Origin: an uncultured Verrucomicrobiae bacterium
Lineage (GTDB): Bacteria > Verrucomicrobiota > Verrucomicrobiia > Chthoniobacterales > UBA10450
NCBI GenBank assembly: GCA_963756875.1
Contig: CAVWPA010000003.1
Span: 64,001-128,000, forward strand
DNA length: 64,000 bases
Direction of reading: 5' to 3'
Both the position numbers and the translations under genes were made by a program. Each line of letters opens with the position of its first letter. Position 1 is the first letter of the stretch. Positions 20,544-31,237 of this stretch are shown here, in pieces. Below the pieces are notes generated by a model. It was not told the origin of the DNA. It did no database searches and worked only from the letters and a program-made list of their open reading frames with translations.

Positions 20544-20903
20544 TCAGCCGACCCGAAAACGGACGTCGCGGATGATTTTGCCGCCGAAACGCTGCTTGAG
20601 TTTTCTCAGGATGTCGGCCTTGGCGATCTGTTCGAGCTCGTAATGCAACGCCGGTTGCAGCACTCGCACATAGAGGACGCCTTCCCGCAGCGCCACCGGC
20701 GCGGAGTTCGCAGCGATAAATTCGCCGACAATTTTTTCCCAAGCCTCCATCACTTCCGTTTCGTCCAGCCGCTCCTTCAACCCGAGCCGCTGCATCAACC
20801 TTGGCAGGAGATCGCCAGGCGATTGCCACCGGTCGGGCTTCGAGAATTTTTCCGACAACCCGCGCCATTCAGCGATGGCACGCGCGCGAAGACTGGGATT
20901 CAT
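20544..20903 (-). CDS. DUF721/DciA-like protein
   Basis: AWEKIVGEFIA...LREGVLYVRV...VRFRVG. Confidence 0.75.
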   Translation of the reverse strand: MNPSLRARAIAEWRGLSEKFSKPDRWQSPGDLLPRLMQRLGLKERLDETEVMEAWEKIVGEFIAANSAPVALREGVLYVRVLQPALHYELEQIAKADILRKLKQRFGGKIIRDVRFRVG

Positions 20904-20912
20904 GAGTCTGAC

Positions 20913-20984
20913 TGTAGCGGCGCTCCGTGAGCGTCGCATTCCTTTATTCTTTGGTTCGAGCGACGGTCATAGACCGCCGCTACA
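20913..20984. repeat. GTAG REP-like doublet
   Basis: TGTAGCGGCGCTCCGTGAGCGTCGC...GCGACGGTCATAGACCGCCGCTACA; the right arm is the exact reverse complement of 51762-51786. Confidence 0.85.
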
Positions 20985-20993
20985 GAAGAATGC

Positions 20994-22412
20994 TCAATAT
21001 CTGCGCCGCATGTTGCTTGGCAGAATATTGAGCTCGGTCCGATACTTTGCCACCGTACGGCGCGCGATCGGAATGCCGCGCTTGCTCAGAATCTCCACGA
21101 TTTCCTTGTCGCTCAGCGGCGCATTGCCATCCTCGCCCTTCACCAGATCGAGGATCGCTTCCTTCACGCTGGTGTTACTCATCGACTCGCCGGTGGCGGT
21201 CTGGTAGCCGGGCGTAAAAAAGTATTTCATTTCAAACACGCCCTGCGGCGTGGACATGTATTTGCCGGAGATGGCGCGGCTCACGGTGGTCTCGTGTACC
21301 CCCACCGCGTCGGCGATCTGCACCATCGTCATCGGCTTAAGATGCGCCGAGCCCTTCTCGAAGAACTCGCGCTGCCGCTTCACAATCTGGTGCGCGATAT
21401 TGGAAATGGTCTGCTGGCGTTGATGGATCGATTTGATCAGAAATTTTCCGCTGCGGATCTTGTCGCGAATGTAGTCCTTCACTTCGCTGCCGTTGCTGTC
21501 CTGCGCCATGATATCCTTGTAAGTATTGCTGATGCGCAGATGAGGAATTTGTTCGCCGTTCAGCATTACCTGGTAATCGCCGTTCACTTTTTCGACGGTC
21601 ACATCGGGTAATACGTAATTTTTTGGCGCCTCCGCGAAGATCGCACCCGGTCGGGGATCGAGTTGCGCAATGTTGTTGGCACATTTTTGCACCTGCTCCG
21701 TGCTGATCCCCATGCGACGCGCAATTTCCGGGAACCGGCGCTTGCCGAGATCCGCCATGTGCTCGGAGATCATTCTATATTCGAGGCTGTTTTGCCTCCC
21801 TTCGCGCTTCAGCTGAATCAGCAGACACTCGCGCAAATCGCGCGCGCCTACTCCGGGCGGATAAAAGCTCTGAATGAGCGTGAGCATGTGCTCGAAATCC
21901 TCCTGCGGAATGCCGGTGTTAAGCGCCATTTCCTCCGGCGTGGTTTGCAAAAATCCGTTGTCATCGATGTTGCCGATAATCAGCTCCGCCGTCTTGCGGT
22001 CCATTGCATTGAGCACGTTTTGATTGAGCTGACCCATCAGATGCTGTTGCAACGTTTCCTGGGTAGGGATGGAGTCGAAAAAAAATTGCCGCTTGTCTTC
22101 AGCCTCCTGCGAGCGCCCGGTGTAGCTGCTCGATTGCGCCATGTAATCGCGCCACTCCTCATCGAGCTTCGCCAGTTTATCGAACTCTTCCTTGAAATTC
22201 TCGTCTGCCGTCTCCTTGGATTCAGGAGGCTCGTCCGCACTCGGTTCGGTCGCCAATTCTTCCAGGACTGGATTCGTTTCCATCTCCTGCTGGACGAGAT
22301 TGCGGAGCTCCAGAAGCGGGGCCTGAAGGATAAGAAGGCTTTGCTGAAGTTGCGGCGCAAGGACCTGCTGAAGGGAGAGATTCTGCGTTTGATGCATTCC
22401 CGGGCCGGCCAT
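20994..22412 (-). CDS. rpoN: RNA polymerase sigma-54 factor
   Basis: Gln/Leu-rich region I, HETTVSRA and the RpoN box ARRTVAKYR. Confidence 0.97.
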   Translation of the reverse strand: MAGPGMHQTQNLSLQQVLAPQLQQSLLILQAPLLELRNLVQQEMETNPVLEELATEPSADEPPESKETADENFKEEFDKLAKLDEEWRDYMAQSSSYTGRSQEAEDKRQFFFDSIPTQETLQQHLMGQLNQNVLNAMDRKTAELIIGNIDDNGFLQTTPEEMALNTGIPQEDFEHMLTLIQSFYPPGVGARDLRECLLIQLKREGRQNSLEYRMISEHMADLGKRRFPEIARRMGISTEQVQKCANNIAQLDPRPGAIFAEAPKNYVLPDVTVEKVNGDYQVMLNGEQIPHLRISNTYKDIMAQDSNGSEVKDYIRDKIRSGKFLIKSIHQRQQTISNIAHQIVKRQREFFEKGSAHLKPMTMVQIADAVGVHETTVSRAISGKYMSTPQGVFEMKYFFTPGYQTATGESMSNTSVKEAILDLVKGEDGNAPLSDKEIVEILSKRGIPIARRTVAKYRTELNILPSNMRRRY

Positions 22413-22536
22413 AAGCGGAGCTTACTAACGTCGTCCGGCAGAGGCAAGCAATTTGCGCGCCCGAGGCGGTAGCAATAGCTAACAAGCCCTGTCATTTTCA
22501 ATCGTTTTGTCAGTCATTTTTCGCAACGTTCTGCGA

Positions 22537-22588
22537 TTTTGGCCGTTGAAGATTCCCTGGTGCTTGGGGTTTGGGATTTGGCGCTTTT
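22537..22588. repeat. Half array of TTGGNRY heptamers
   Basis: TTGGCCG TTGAAGA TTCCCTGGTGC TTGGGGT TTGGGAT TTGGCGC; matches the right arm at 36449-36503. Confidence 0.65.
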
Positions 22589-22630
22589 AGCGGCAGCGCC
22601 ATGGCCGAATTCCTGCTTTGAAATTACGCC

Positions 22631-23146
22631 GTGAACGGGCCGCTGCTTGTCGAACAACTGGAAACATTACTGCCGCTGGCAACCGATTGGGCGACGGAAC
22701 AAGAGCGACGGATCCTGTCTGAAGGCGTACCGCTCTCTGACGAAGAAATCGCCGACGCAAAAGCTGTGGGCGTGCAGAAGCCGGAACGCGTTCGTCTGCT
22801 CCAGGTCGATGCGATCCCTGCTCCCGCACATCCGACGTTAAGAGCGGCTTGCGCGACCATCAATTTCCTGACCGCCGCGCCGCGCGGTCTCACTTTTCAA
22901 TACGGCATCTTTGTTCGATCCGATTGCTGGGGGAATCGAGATCTGGTGGCGCACGAACTGGCCCATACCGCCCAATACGAGCGGCTTGGCGGCATCGTCC
23001 CTTTTCTAAAGAGCTACATTGCCCAGTGCGCCACCGTTGGATATCACGAAGCGCCGATGGAACAGGAAGCAATGATGCTCGCGGCGCATACCTGCGCACT
23101 TAAAGAAAAAGAAGATCGCGCCCTGTCACCAATCGGCGCAAGATAA
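22631..23146 (+). CDS. Hypothetical HExxH (zincin/DUF4157-like) protein
   Basis: GLTFQYGIFV, LVAHELAHTAQYERLGG and PMEQEA. Confidence 0.7.
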   Translation: MNGPLLVEQLETLLPLATDWATEQERRILSEGVPLSDEEIADAKAVGVQKPERVRLLQVDAIPAPAHPTLRAACATINFLTAAPRGLTFQYGIFVRSDCWGNRDLVAHELAHTAQYERLGGIVPFLKSYIAQCATVGYHEAPMEQEAMMLAAHTCALKEKEDRALSPIGAR

Positions 23147-23218
23147 CAAAGCCCTGCGGCGCATCGACATCGTCGCTCCCGGCTTGCTAATGTAGGTTCG
23201 CCTTTCGGAGCGATCGAC

Positions 23219-23668
23219 ATGAACCTTCTGTTAAAAACAAAAAAAGATGCCGAAACCCACTTTGGGCAGAAGGCAACGATGGCGCCAAACCTTCTTGGAA
23301 TGGTGAATCACGGCGAAAAGGCATTCGGATTTCTAACCGGCGACATGGACGAAGGCTTCGACATCACGGTCGGTTTTTTCAATGCCAAGGCGCGCTACAT
23401 CGCTTTCAAAAAACGGACTGGCTCGGCATGGGGCGAAAGCGATCTCCGGGCGGCACTTGGACAGATCGGCCGATACTCCGATTGGTCGGTCAAACCCGGC
23501 TCGGATTTCTTCGATTATGTCGAAAAGGACGGGAAACAAATCGTAGCGGAAGCAACCGGCTGGCAAACGCCGAAGCGGCACTATTGCTTCGCTTACGTCG
23601 CCGATGTTCCGGGAGACATCGGATTAATGCCCGACAAAACGGCTGTGGACCATAAGTTCCCAGCGTGA
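23219..23668 (+). CDS. Hypothetical protein
   Basis: 149-aa ORF with globular composition and no recognised motif. Confidence 0.6.
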   Translation: MNLLLKTKKDAETHFGQKATMAPNLLGMVNHGEKAFGFLTGDMDEGFDITVGFFNAKARYIAFKKRTGSAWGESDLRAALGQIGRYSDWSVKPGSDFFDYVEKDGKQIVAEATGWQTPKRHYCFAYVADVPGDIGLMPDKTAVDHKFPA

Positions 23669-23685
23669 ACAGCTGGAGAGCGAGA

Positions 23686-24309
23686 TCATCGTCGTTTCGC
23701 CTTGCGGTGGCCAACCATTTCGGCACGAACGGTGCGTAGATCGACTCGGGTAAGTTTCTTTTCCATTACCGGAGTCAGCAGCCGAATGTGTGGAATCTCG
23801 CAGAGATGTTCGGCAATGAACCAGATTGGCTTGTCGGTTGTCATCCAGTGAAGATGATCGAAGCGCGACAGGTTCACGGGGCGCGAATAGCGGCGTAACG
23901 TGCGCTCCCAGCGCAAGTTGAAGTAGATGTTGAAGTAGCTCATGGCCAGCTCGCGCAGGTTGCGATAAACCGGCTCGCGATAACGGCAGCCCGTAAAATT
24001 GGATTTCGCCACCGCACCCCAATGTCCGCGCACCTTAAAAATCGCCACCACGTGGTCGGTGTCGTGGTCGGCTTCGAGGTCAAAGATCAACGGCGGAAAT
24101 CCGAGAGCGCGCAGCGCCGCCGCTGCAAAAATTCCGCCCTCCAGGCAGGAGGCGGTCCGATCGTGTAGAACTCTTCGCGGTGAGCGAGCGGTGAAACTGA
24201 GATTGTAAGGCAGCTCATCAAGAAACCGCTGCACTCCTGCCGGCGTCTTCAGCGCCCGCAGCGTACGGCGCTCCGACGGCGTGAAACCGAAATCAGAACT
24301 CGAAAGCAC
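23686..24309 (-). CDS. Hypothetical protein, possible transglutaminase-like Cys/His fold
   Basis: SPRRVL...ASCLEGGIFAAAAL...DHVVAIF...WGAVAKSN; the upstream part of the listed ORF is repeat sequence or overlaps the next gene. Confidence 0.7.
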   Translation of the reverse strand: MLSSSDFGFTPSERRTLRALKTPAGVQRFLDELPYNLSFTARSPRRVLHDRTASCLEGGIFAAAALRALGFPPLIFDLEADHDTDHVVAIFKVRGHWGAVAKSNFTGCRYREPVYRNLRELAMSYFNIYFNLRWERTLRRYSRPVNLSRFDHLHWMTTDKPIWFIAEHLCEIPHIRLLTPVMEKKLTRVDLRTVRAEMVGHRKAKRR

Positions 24310-24370
24310 CAACCTCCAATACCCAACATCCAAAGAATCACCAAATCCCAATCTGGGATTTGGAGCGTTC
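24303..24370. repeat. AANNYCC heptamer array with a short inverted arm
   Basis: AAGCACC AACCTCC AATACCC AACATCC AAAGAATCACC AAATCCC AATC TGGGATT TGGAGCG. Confidence 0.65.
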
Positions 24371-24392
24371 GGCTGTGACTTCGTCAACGAAG

Positions 24393-24956
24393 TCAGAGTC
24401 CGGCCGGATGGCGGGCCACGAAACCGAACGGAAAGCGGATTGTGCGCTGCCAGCGCGGCGCCCATCGATCGTGACCGGTAAGATACGGTGTCGTGTCGAG
24501 ACGCAGGCCCGCGATAATGGCGAACGTATGGCCGCTGCGCGCGTAAACCGTGATCCATTTGCCACAACCGCGCTCTCCGAAATGGCGAAACTCAGACGAA
24601 CTCATCGGTGATCTGATCAAACCCGCCGCCGCCAGCGCGTAGGAAACTGTCCCGGAACAATCGTAGGCGCTGTCGAGAAACGAACGATGACCGCCGCCGT
24701 ATCGGTACGGCTTCGAGCGAAGTTGGTTCGCAGCCCAAATGGCACGCTTCACGGCCAGCGGAGCTTTTTCCGGCGCAGCCGCCTTGCCGCCGGCGCGGAG
24801 ACGCGCCTTGCTTCCCGGCACGACGGGGCCCGAGGAGGGGAAAGAGCCTGCGACGGCTACCGACGAAAGGAACACGCCGAAAACAGTCACGCCAAAAAAA
24901 ATCTTAAACCTCGCCAAATGCACAACTCGTTCGGAGCGTGTGTTATGCCATAACAT
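24393..24956 (-). CDS. NlpC/P60-like peptidoglycan endopeptidase
   Basis: PYRYGGGH, YDCSGTVSYAL and GHTF; signal-like N-terminus. Confidence 0.8.
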   Translation of the reverse strand: MLWHNTRSERVVHLARFKIFFGVTVFGVFLSSVAVAGSFPSSGPVVPGSKARLRAGGKAAAPEKAPLAVKRAIWAANQLRSKPYRYGGGHRSFLDSAYDCSGTVSYALAAAGLIRSPMSSSEFRHFGERGCGKWITVYARSGHTFAIIAGLRLDTTPYLTGHDRWAPRWQRTIRFPFGFVARHPAGL

Positions 24957-25088
24957 CTGTTGACGAGAAAGAAGAAATTCACGCGATTATTCGAAATTCG
25001 CATTCATGCAACGCCAACCGTGTTAGCGGAATAGCTTATGCTGCAAAAGTTGTTCGGCACAGATTGAATAACAGTCGGTGCCGAGAGT

Positions 25089-26018
25089 ATGCCCCAACTC
25101 GACTTCCGCCAGCTTTTCCCCTCGTCTAAACAAGAGCCAATTTTACCTCCAGATTCGTGGCCGGAACAGCCGGAGGACCGCATCGGGAGCGCACCCAAAA
25201 ACTTTCAACGAGCAAAACGGCAGGGCCGTCTTGGTTATTTGGGATGGATCAACATCGCTTTCGTGGCGCTCGCCGCGCTCGGCGCCATCATCTGCGCATT
25301 TTACTTCTTTAATGCCACCAAGCTTCTATGCACGACAGCGGCATGGTCCCGGGAATTTCTCTATCCGCAGCCTCCAGCCTTGGCTGCTGCGAATATCAAG
25401 ACGTCGAATCGGCTGGCTGCCGCGGGCCGTGTCGCGAACTCAACCGGACGTGTGAACGATGTCGCTCATGACACGGCTGCACCGTTTAACCGGAGTGTCT
25501 GGCCGCGAGATCTCTCCAATCCCACCACGCTCGGTCCGGCGAATTCGGCCCCGGGTGCTCTTTCGATAAGGCCACAGACCCCCACTGAGAGTTCGCTAAC
25601 CAGTGAGCGCAACACTCTTTCGAGAGATGCAAAGTCGGTGGCCGAGACGGCTCATCAGACTGTTTCAAAATCGGAATCCGGGGAAAAGACCACGGTCTCC
25701 ACGCGCAAGACATCTGCCTCCGCGCACAAGCGCACTTCAAAAGTAAGGAAAAAAAACGTCCGGCGATTAAGGACGGTTGCCCGCAAATCGAGGACAACGT
25801 CGAAACCGTCGGCGCGCCCCACCACGCGAACCACACAAAAGACCAGCACTCGTGTTCAGTCGACTGCGCGCAGTCCCGGAACATCTCGTACCGCGGGCGG
25901 AACCGGTAGCACCCCGGGGGGATTCGGCGCGGCTCCGGGAGGATTGCGCGGCTTTAGTGGACGCATCGGTGGATTCATGGGCCGTGGCGGGATGGCCGGC
26001 GGCGGGCGCGGGCGTTAA
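25089..26018 (+). CDS. Hypothetical membrane-anchored low-complexity protein
   Basis: One TM segment, a Ser/Thr/Lys-rich tail and a Gly-rich end. Confidence 0.6.
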   Translation: MPQLDFRQLFPSSKQEPILPPDSWPEQPEDRIGSAPKNFQRAKRQGRLGYLGWINIAFVALAALGAIICAFYFFNATKLLCTTAAWSREFLYPQPPALAAANIKTSNRLAAAGRVANSTGRVNDVAHDTAAPFNRSVWPRDLSNPTTLGPANSAPGALSIRPQTPTESSLTSERNTLSRDAKSVAETAHQTVSKSESGEKTTVSTRKTSASAHKRTSKVRKKNVRRLRTVARKSRTTSKPSARPTTRTTQKTSTRVQSTARSPGTSRTAGGTGSTPGGFGAAPGGLRGFSGRIGGFMGRGGMAGGGRGR

Positions 26019-26099
26019 TCTTCCATCTTTCCGAATAGTCATGCCGGTCCGTGCGCATTAATCTGATGGCGACATAAAAGTTCGTGATATTCTTGCGGT

Positions 26100-26702
26100 A
26101 TGATGCGCGGTCTGGCGCTTCTTATTACGGTGGCAATCGCTGCCAGCGCGTCTGCTCAGGATGAATCGTCGAAGCAGGACGATCCCGACTCATTCGAGAT
26201 CGAACCGCCGCTGCTGATTCCAAATCGGGAAAGCGAACCGCTGCCGAAGACGTCGAAGGCGCCAGTGCAGGACGCTGATGTTGCGCATTTAGAGAAGAAG
26301 CTCGAACGCGCGAAGAGAAATGCCGCGGGCACCGAACGCCTTTGTCGAATCGGCGCCCTCGCCAAAATTGAAGTGGAACAACGCGATCTGCGTGTCGTGC
26401 GTTTGGAATACGATCTCGCCGATGCGCGGCTGGCGCTGGCAAAAGTGGACCTGGCCGCGCAGGAATCGCAGGCCGCGACCAGCGAGAACGCGAAACAGGA
26501 TCTCCGGGCCGCCACAGTAACGCTCGCCCGGGCCATCGAGGCCGCGCATGCCGCCAAGGCAAAGCTCGAGCGCGCCGAGCTCGATGCTGCCCAGGCAAAC
26601 TTGCGGCGCCAGAAGAAACTTCTCGCGCTCGGTAGCGCGCGAAAATCCGACGTCGCGCGCGCCGAACAAAAACTTGTCGAGCTAAAAGCGCCGAAAAATT
26701 AG
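26100..26702 (+). CDS. Hypothetical exported coiled-coil protein
   Basis: Signal peptide and Ala-rich heptads with TolC-like helical words (LLALGSARKSDVARAE). Confidence 0.7.
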   Translation: MMRGLALLITVAIAASASAQDESSKQDDPDSFEIEPPLLIPNRESEPLPKTSKAPVQDADVAHLEKKLERAKRNAAGTERLCRIGALAKIEVEQRDLRVVRLEYDLADARLALAKVDLAAQESQAATSENAKQDLRAATVTLARAIEAAHAAKAKLERAELDAAQANLRRQKKLLALGSARKSDVARAEQKLVELKAPKN

Positions 26703-28066
26703 TCGCGTTGCGCGCGATTTTGGGACGCGGTCCGGAGAAAATACAGCACGGACGCCACAAGAAGCACGATTGCGGTCACGGTGAACTCGCGCAGGGTCGC
26801 GTGCGCCAGAATCCAAACGATCACGGCGATCGCCAGTGCCGGCACGATTTTCACTCCCGGAAAACTGACACTGGAAGTTTTCGCAGTTGAAGAGCCGGGG
26901 TCGGTTCGAACGTCCCGGCTGATCAGGGGCCAGCAGGCCGCGCAGCACAGCAAGTACATTAAGAGTACCGCGACGTTCGACAGCACAGCCAGCGCTTCGA
27001 ATGTCGACGTTATGGAAAACGCAAAGGCAACGACGGCGTAAACGATGATGGCTACGTCCGGCGAGCGATAGCGCGGATGAACGTGGGCGAACCACGTCGG
27101 CAACACCCCGTCCCGGCCGAATGCGAACAAAATCCGGGGCGAACTCAGAATATCGCTGGTGACAAAACCAAACGCGGAGATGGCCGCGCCGGCCACCAGG
27201 ATGGTGCGCCCGAGATTTCCCAGAAAAAGCGCGGCCGATTCCGCCAGTGGCGTATCGGGATGATTGGCCAAATCGGCACCCAGCGTGCCTTGCGCCACAA
27301 GCTGGATCATGATGTAGAGCACGGTGGTTATGGCCAGGGCGATGTAGATTGCGCGCGGCACGGTGCGCGCGGGGTTTTTGACTTCGCCGCTGGGAATCAG
27401 GGCGACTTCGATGCCGACGAAAGCAAAGATCAGGAGGATCACACTATCGCCTAACGCCTTGCTTCCAGGCCAACCGGGCCAGCCCATGTTCGCGGGATGA
27501 ATGAAGAATATTCCCGCGCAGACGAACAACAGCAGCGGCAGGAGTTTCGCCAACGTGACAACTGACACGGCGCCAGCGCCGACGCGGACGCCGCGGACAT
27601 TGATGACCACGAGCAATCCGTAGACGACCAACATGACAACAACACGGACCACCGGATTTCCAAAAAGCGGGACCAGTCCGGCGATGGAGTTTACGAGAAC
27701 ATTTACTACGCCGGCGACAGCCGTGACCGCGGTGATGTAGTAAAGCACACCGGCGAGAAATCCGACGTAACGACCAAAGGCAATCTCGACGTACGCGTAA
27801 AGTCCACCGGTGAGCGAAACGCGACTTCCCGCGACAGCAAAGCAGGTCACAAACAAAACCATCGCCAGCGCGCAAGCAACAAAGGCAAGAGGCGCGGCGG
27901 CGCCAAGACCCTTGGCCACCAGCGCGGGCAGGACAAAAATGCCCGCGCCGATGGTTGAATTCACGATGTTGGCTGTCAGGCCGGGGACGCCGATCGCGCG
28001 GACGAGCCGGTGATCGACGCGCTCCGCTTGTTGGATCGATATCGTCTCCTCAACCACTCCGCGCAT
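26699..28066 (-). CDS. APC-family amino acid permease
   Basis: NSTIGAGIFVLP, TGGLYAYV and FAFVGIE...EVKNPARTVP. Confidence 0.9.
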   Translation of the reverse strand: MRGVVEETISIQQAERVDHRLVRAIGVPGLTANIVNSTIGAGIFVLPALVAKGLGAAAPLAFVACALAMVLFVTCFAVAGSRVSLTGGLYAYVEIAFGRYVGFLAGVLYYITAVTAVAGVVNVLVNSIAGLVPLFGNPVVRVVVMLVVYGLLVVINVRGVRVGAGAVSVVTLAKLLPLLLFVCAGIFFIHPANMGWPGWPGSKALGDSVILLIFAFVGIEVALIPSGEVKNPARTVPRAIYIALAITTVLYIMIQLVAQGTLGADLANHPDTPLAESAALFLGNLGRTILVAGAAISAFGFVTSDILSSPRILFAFGRDGVLPTWFAHVHPRYRSPDVAIIVYAVVAFAFSITSTFEALAVLSNVAVLLMYLLCCAACWPLISRDVRTDPGSSTAKTSSVSFPGVKIVPALAIAVIVWILAHATLREFTVTAIVLLVASVLYFLRTASQNRAQRD

Positions 28067-28115
28067 CGTGATTTATCGCGCAAGGAAGAGCAAGGTGGAT
28101 CGACCCGCTCAGTTC

Positions 28116-28262
28116 GGGGGAGCGCACGCGCACGCGCGTGCTGTTTGTCGCGCCTTCGCGGCAAACCTCTTAGGTATTCAACGCAGCGCAGCATGCGGAC
28201 GAGGAAAAGTTTGCGATGGCGAGGGCGCCATCGCCGGCACGCGAGGCGCGTGCGCTCCCCGG
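28116..28262. repeat. ~150-bp MITE-like palindromic element
   Basis: GGGGAGCGCACGCG...CGCGTGCGCTCCCC termini with internal hairpins; same architecture as 53481-53634. Confidence 0.75.
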
Positions 28263-28321
28263 AATTGTGCCGCTCGCTTCAGTTGGACGTTCAGCGTTCG
28301 GCGTTTTCTTTTCCGAAATCT

Positions 28322-30129
28322 TCAGTATCCCGCCGCCTGCCCGTCTTTGCGCGATTCGCTCGCACCGACATAGACGCGCTGGCCCTGATGCATTTCCACC
28401 TTGATCGCCTGGTAACCGCCGTAACCGCCTACGTCGAACCGAACGTCGTGCCCCATTTTGCGCAATTCTCGCACCGTTTCGTACGGATTCCGCTTTCGAC
28501 ATCGACAAATCCTGCCGGGCCAACTTTAACGCCGCCTTCTGTAACACCCGTTTCGTTAGGCTCCTGGCTGCTTTCGTGTTGCCAGCGCGAAGCGTCGCCC
28601 GCTTCCTGCACGTTCAGGCCGAAATCGATCTGGTTCGTCAACACCTGGACGTGGCCCTGCGGTTGCATCCCGCCGCCCATCACTCCGAAGGCTTCCCATG
28701 GCTTGCCATCCTTCATCACGAAACCGGGAATAATGGTGTGAAATGGCCGTTTTCCCGGCGCGTAAACGTTCGCATGCCCAGGCTCCATCGAAAAAAGCTG
28801 TCCACGATCCTGAAACATGAAGCCAAGCCCCGGCACCACAATCCCGCTTCCCATCCCGCGATAATTGCTTTGAATCAGGCTAACCATGTTTCCCGCGTCG
28901 TCCGCGGTGCACATGTAAATCGTGTCGCCCCGGTCCAGCGCCCCGGGTGTCTGTGGTGGCAGCCGTGTCGGCTGCGATTCCTTCCGATCTGCAGGCGGCA
29001 CGCCTGCCTCTACAGCTTTCGCCGCGTGATTCGGATCGATCAGTTTTCGTCGTTCCTCCGCGTACTTTTTCGAGAGCAGCCCTTTCAGCGGAATTTTTGC
29101 AAATGCGGGATCGGCGTAAAACTTTGCCCGGTCCGCCCATACCAATTTCTTCGCCTCAATCATCGTGTGCAGCGTTTCGGGCGAATTGCGACCCATCGCG
29201 CGCAGATTGTACCCCTCCAGGATGTTCAACATCTCGAGCGTCGCGATCCCCTGGCCGTTGGGCGGCAATTCGTACACATCGTAGCCGCGGTAATTCACCG
29301 AGGCCGGGTCGACCCACGTTGAGGTATGCTTTTCGAAATCGATCTTGCGCAGATATCCGCCATTCGCCTTCATGAACGCGTCGATCTTGTCCGCTATCTC
29401 GCCCTTATAAAAAACGTCGCGCCCTTTCTCGCCGATTAATCGCAGCGTGTTGGCCAGCGCCGGGTTTTTGAAAACGTCGCCTTCGGCTGGAGTCCGGCCT
29501 TTCCCATCGAGCGTGTACGTTTCGAAAAACGCACCGGGCAACCCCTTGTAAATTCGCGGACCGAACGACCAGTAATACGAGATCAGCTGAGTGACCGGAA
29601 AACCTCCCTCCGCGTAATGGATCGCCGGCGCAAGATCGTCCGCCAGCGTCAGTTTGCCGAATTTCTTGTGCAGCTGGTCCCAGGCATCCACAGTTCCCGG
29701 CACACTGATCGGCAACATCCCCCTCGGCGGAATTGTGTCCTCATGAAGTTTCGCCAGTTCCGCCTTCATCTGATCGTAGCTAAGTCCGAGCGGAGAGCGC
29801 CCGCTGCCGTTAATCCCGTAAAGCTTGTTCTCCTTCGCGCTGTAAACGATCGCAAACAGGTCGCCGCCGACGCCGTTGGAAACCGGTTCCATCAATCCGA
29901 GCGTTGCGTTCGCCGCGATGGCCGCGTCCACCGCGCTGCCGCCCCGCTTTAGAATCTCGATTCCCACCTGCGTCGCGGCAGGCACACTCGTGCAGACCAT
30001 TCCGTGCCGGGCCAAAACCTGCGAGCGTGTCGCGAAGTTTCTACCGTTGATCCTGTCGATCTGCGCGAACGACGTTCCGGTGGTTGCGAGCAACAGGGTC
30101 ACGGCACAAGCGGCGCAAATCGATTTCAT
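28322..30129 (-). CDS. ggt: Gamma-glutamyltransferase, -1 frameshift near 28486
   Basis: GGSAVDAAIA, NGVGGDLF, GD/TIYM nucleophile site, KRPFHTIIP and GGGMQPQGH; the C-terminus ...GASESRKDGQAAGY* is in a shifted frame. Confidence 0.93.
28953..29013. repeat. GTAG REP-like doublet inside ggt
   Basis: Minus strand reads GTAGAGGCAGGCGTGCCGCCTGC...GCAGCCGACACGGCTGCCACCAC. Confidence 0.75.
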
Positions 30130-30247
30130 GGATCGAAGATTACCACCGACATCCGCTGGCGCGAGACGAGAGTTTTATGGATGGCATTCGCGATTCCAAT
30201 CGAACAGCATTCAAGGAATTCGAACCTCGAACCGTCAAACCGGTAAC

Positions 30248-31237
30248 ATGCTTTTCCGCCTGCTGATTATCATGACGCTGCTCGGCCCGATCATCGTGCC
30301 GGCGACAGCAGCGGAGCAGACGCTCGGCGAAAAGATCAAAAAGATTTTCACGACGCCGACTCCCACTCCGACGCCGCGGAAGAAAAAGCATTCGCCCACG
30401 ACGAAAGAAAAATCCCGTTCGCAAAAAACTTCGGAAGCGAAAGAGAAATCCACAACCGGTTCTCACAAGAAGACAAAAAAATCTTCGCCTTCTCGCACGC
30501 CATCCCCATCGCCCAGCGCGTCGCCTCCGCACAAAAAAAAGCATTCTCCCACACCGAAACCGTCCGAAACGCCGGAAGAATCTCCATCGCCAAGCCCGAC
30601 TCTGACTCCGACACCGGCTCCTTCGCCGGCTGCCTCAAAGAAACATGGCGTGCCGGACGCGACGCTGACTCCCGGGCAAATCAAGGGCTTCGATGATTAT
30701 CCTGAGAAAGTGCGGAAACTTGTCGCGTCGGCGCTCGAACTCACGGCGCGGAACCTCGATTACAAATACGGCTCGGCCGATCCTGGCAACGGCGGCATGG
30801 ATTGCTCGGGCTTCGTTTACTTCGTGTTGAGAGAAAACGGAATTAAAGATGTTCCGCGCGATTCGAGCGAGCAATACGTCTGGGTGCGCAAGGCCCACGA
30901 GTTCGAGGCGGTGCTAAGCCGGCAGGAGGATTCGTTTGAGCTGGAAGATCTGAAACCGGGCGATCTTCTTTTCTGGACCGGCACCTACTCCATCGAGCGC
31001 GACCCGCCGATTACGCACGCCATGATTTATCTGGGTCGCGAAAGGAAAACCGGAAAACGAGTCATGGTCGGCGCCAGCGACGGCAGGGTTTACGACGGGA
31101 AATCACGCTTTGGCGTCAGCGTTTTCGATTTCAAAATTCACACCGGCAAAAAACCCGAGGAAGGAAAGACGTTCCCAACCTTCGTCGGCTACGGGCACAT
31201 CCCGGGACTGGGAACACGACGCGATGAAGCCCAGTAA
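30248..31237 (+). CDS. NlpC/P60 (C40) peptidase with Pro/Ser/Lys-rich linker
   Basis: YKYGS, MDCSGFVYFV, PRDSSEQY, PGDLLFW and THAMIYLG. Confidence 0.9.
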   Translation: MLFRLLIIMTLLGPIIVPATAAEQTLGEKIKKIFTTPTPTPTPRKKKHSPTTKEKSRSQKTSEAKEKSTTGSHKKTKKSSPSRTPSPSPSASPPHKKKHSPTPKPSETPEESPSPSPTLTPTPAPSPAASKKHGVPDATLTPGQIKGFDDYPEKVRKLVASALELTARNLDYKYGSADPGNGGMDCSGFVYFVLRENGIKDVPRDSSEQYVWVRKAHEFEAVLSRQEDSFELEDLKPGDLLFWTGTYSIERDPPITHAMIYLGRERKTGKRVMVGASDGRVYDGKSRFGVSVFDFKIHTGKKPEEGKTFPTFVGYGHIPGLGTRRDEAQ

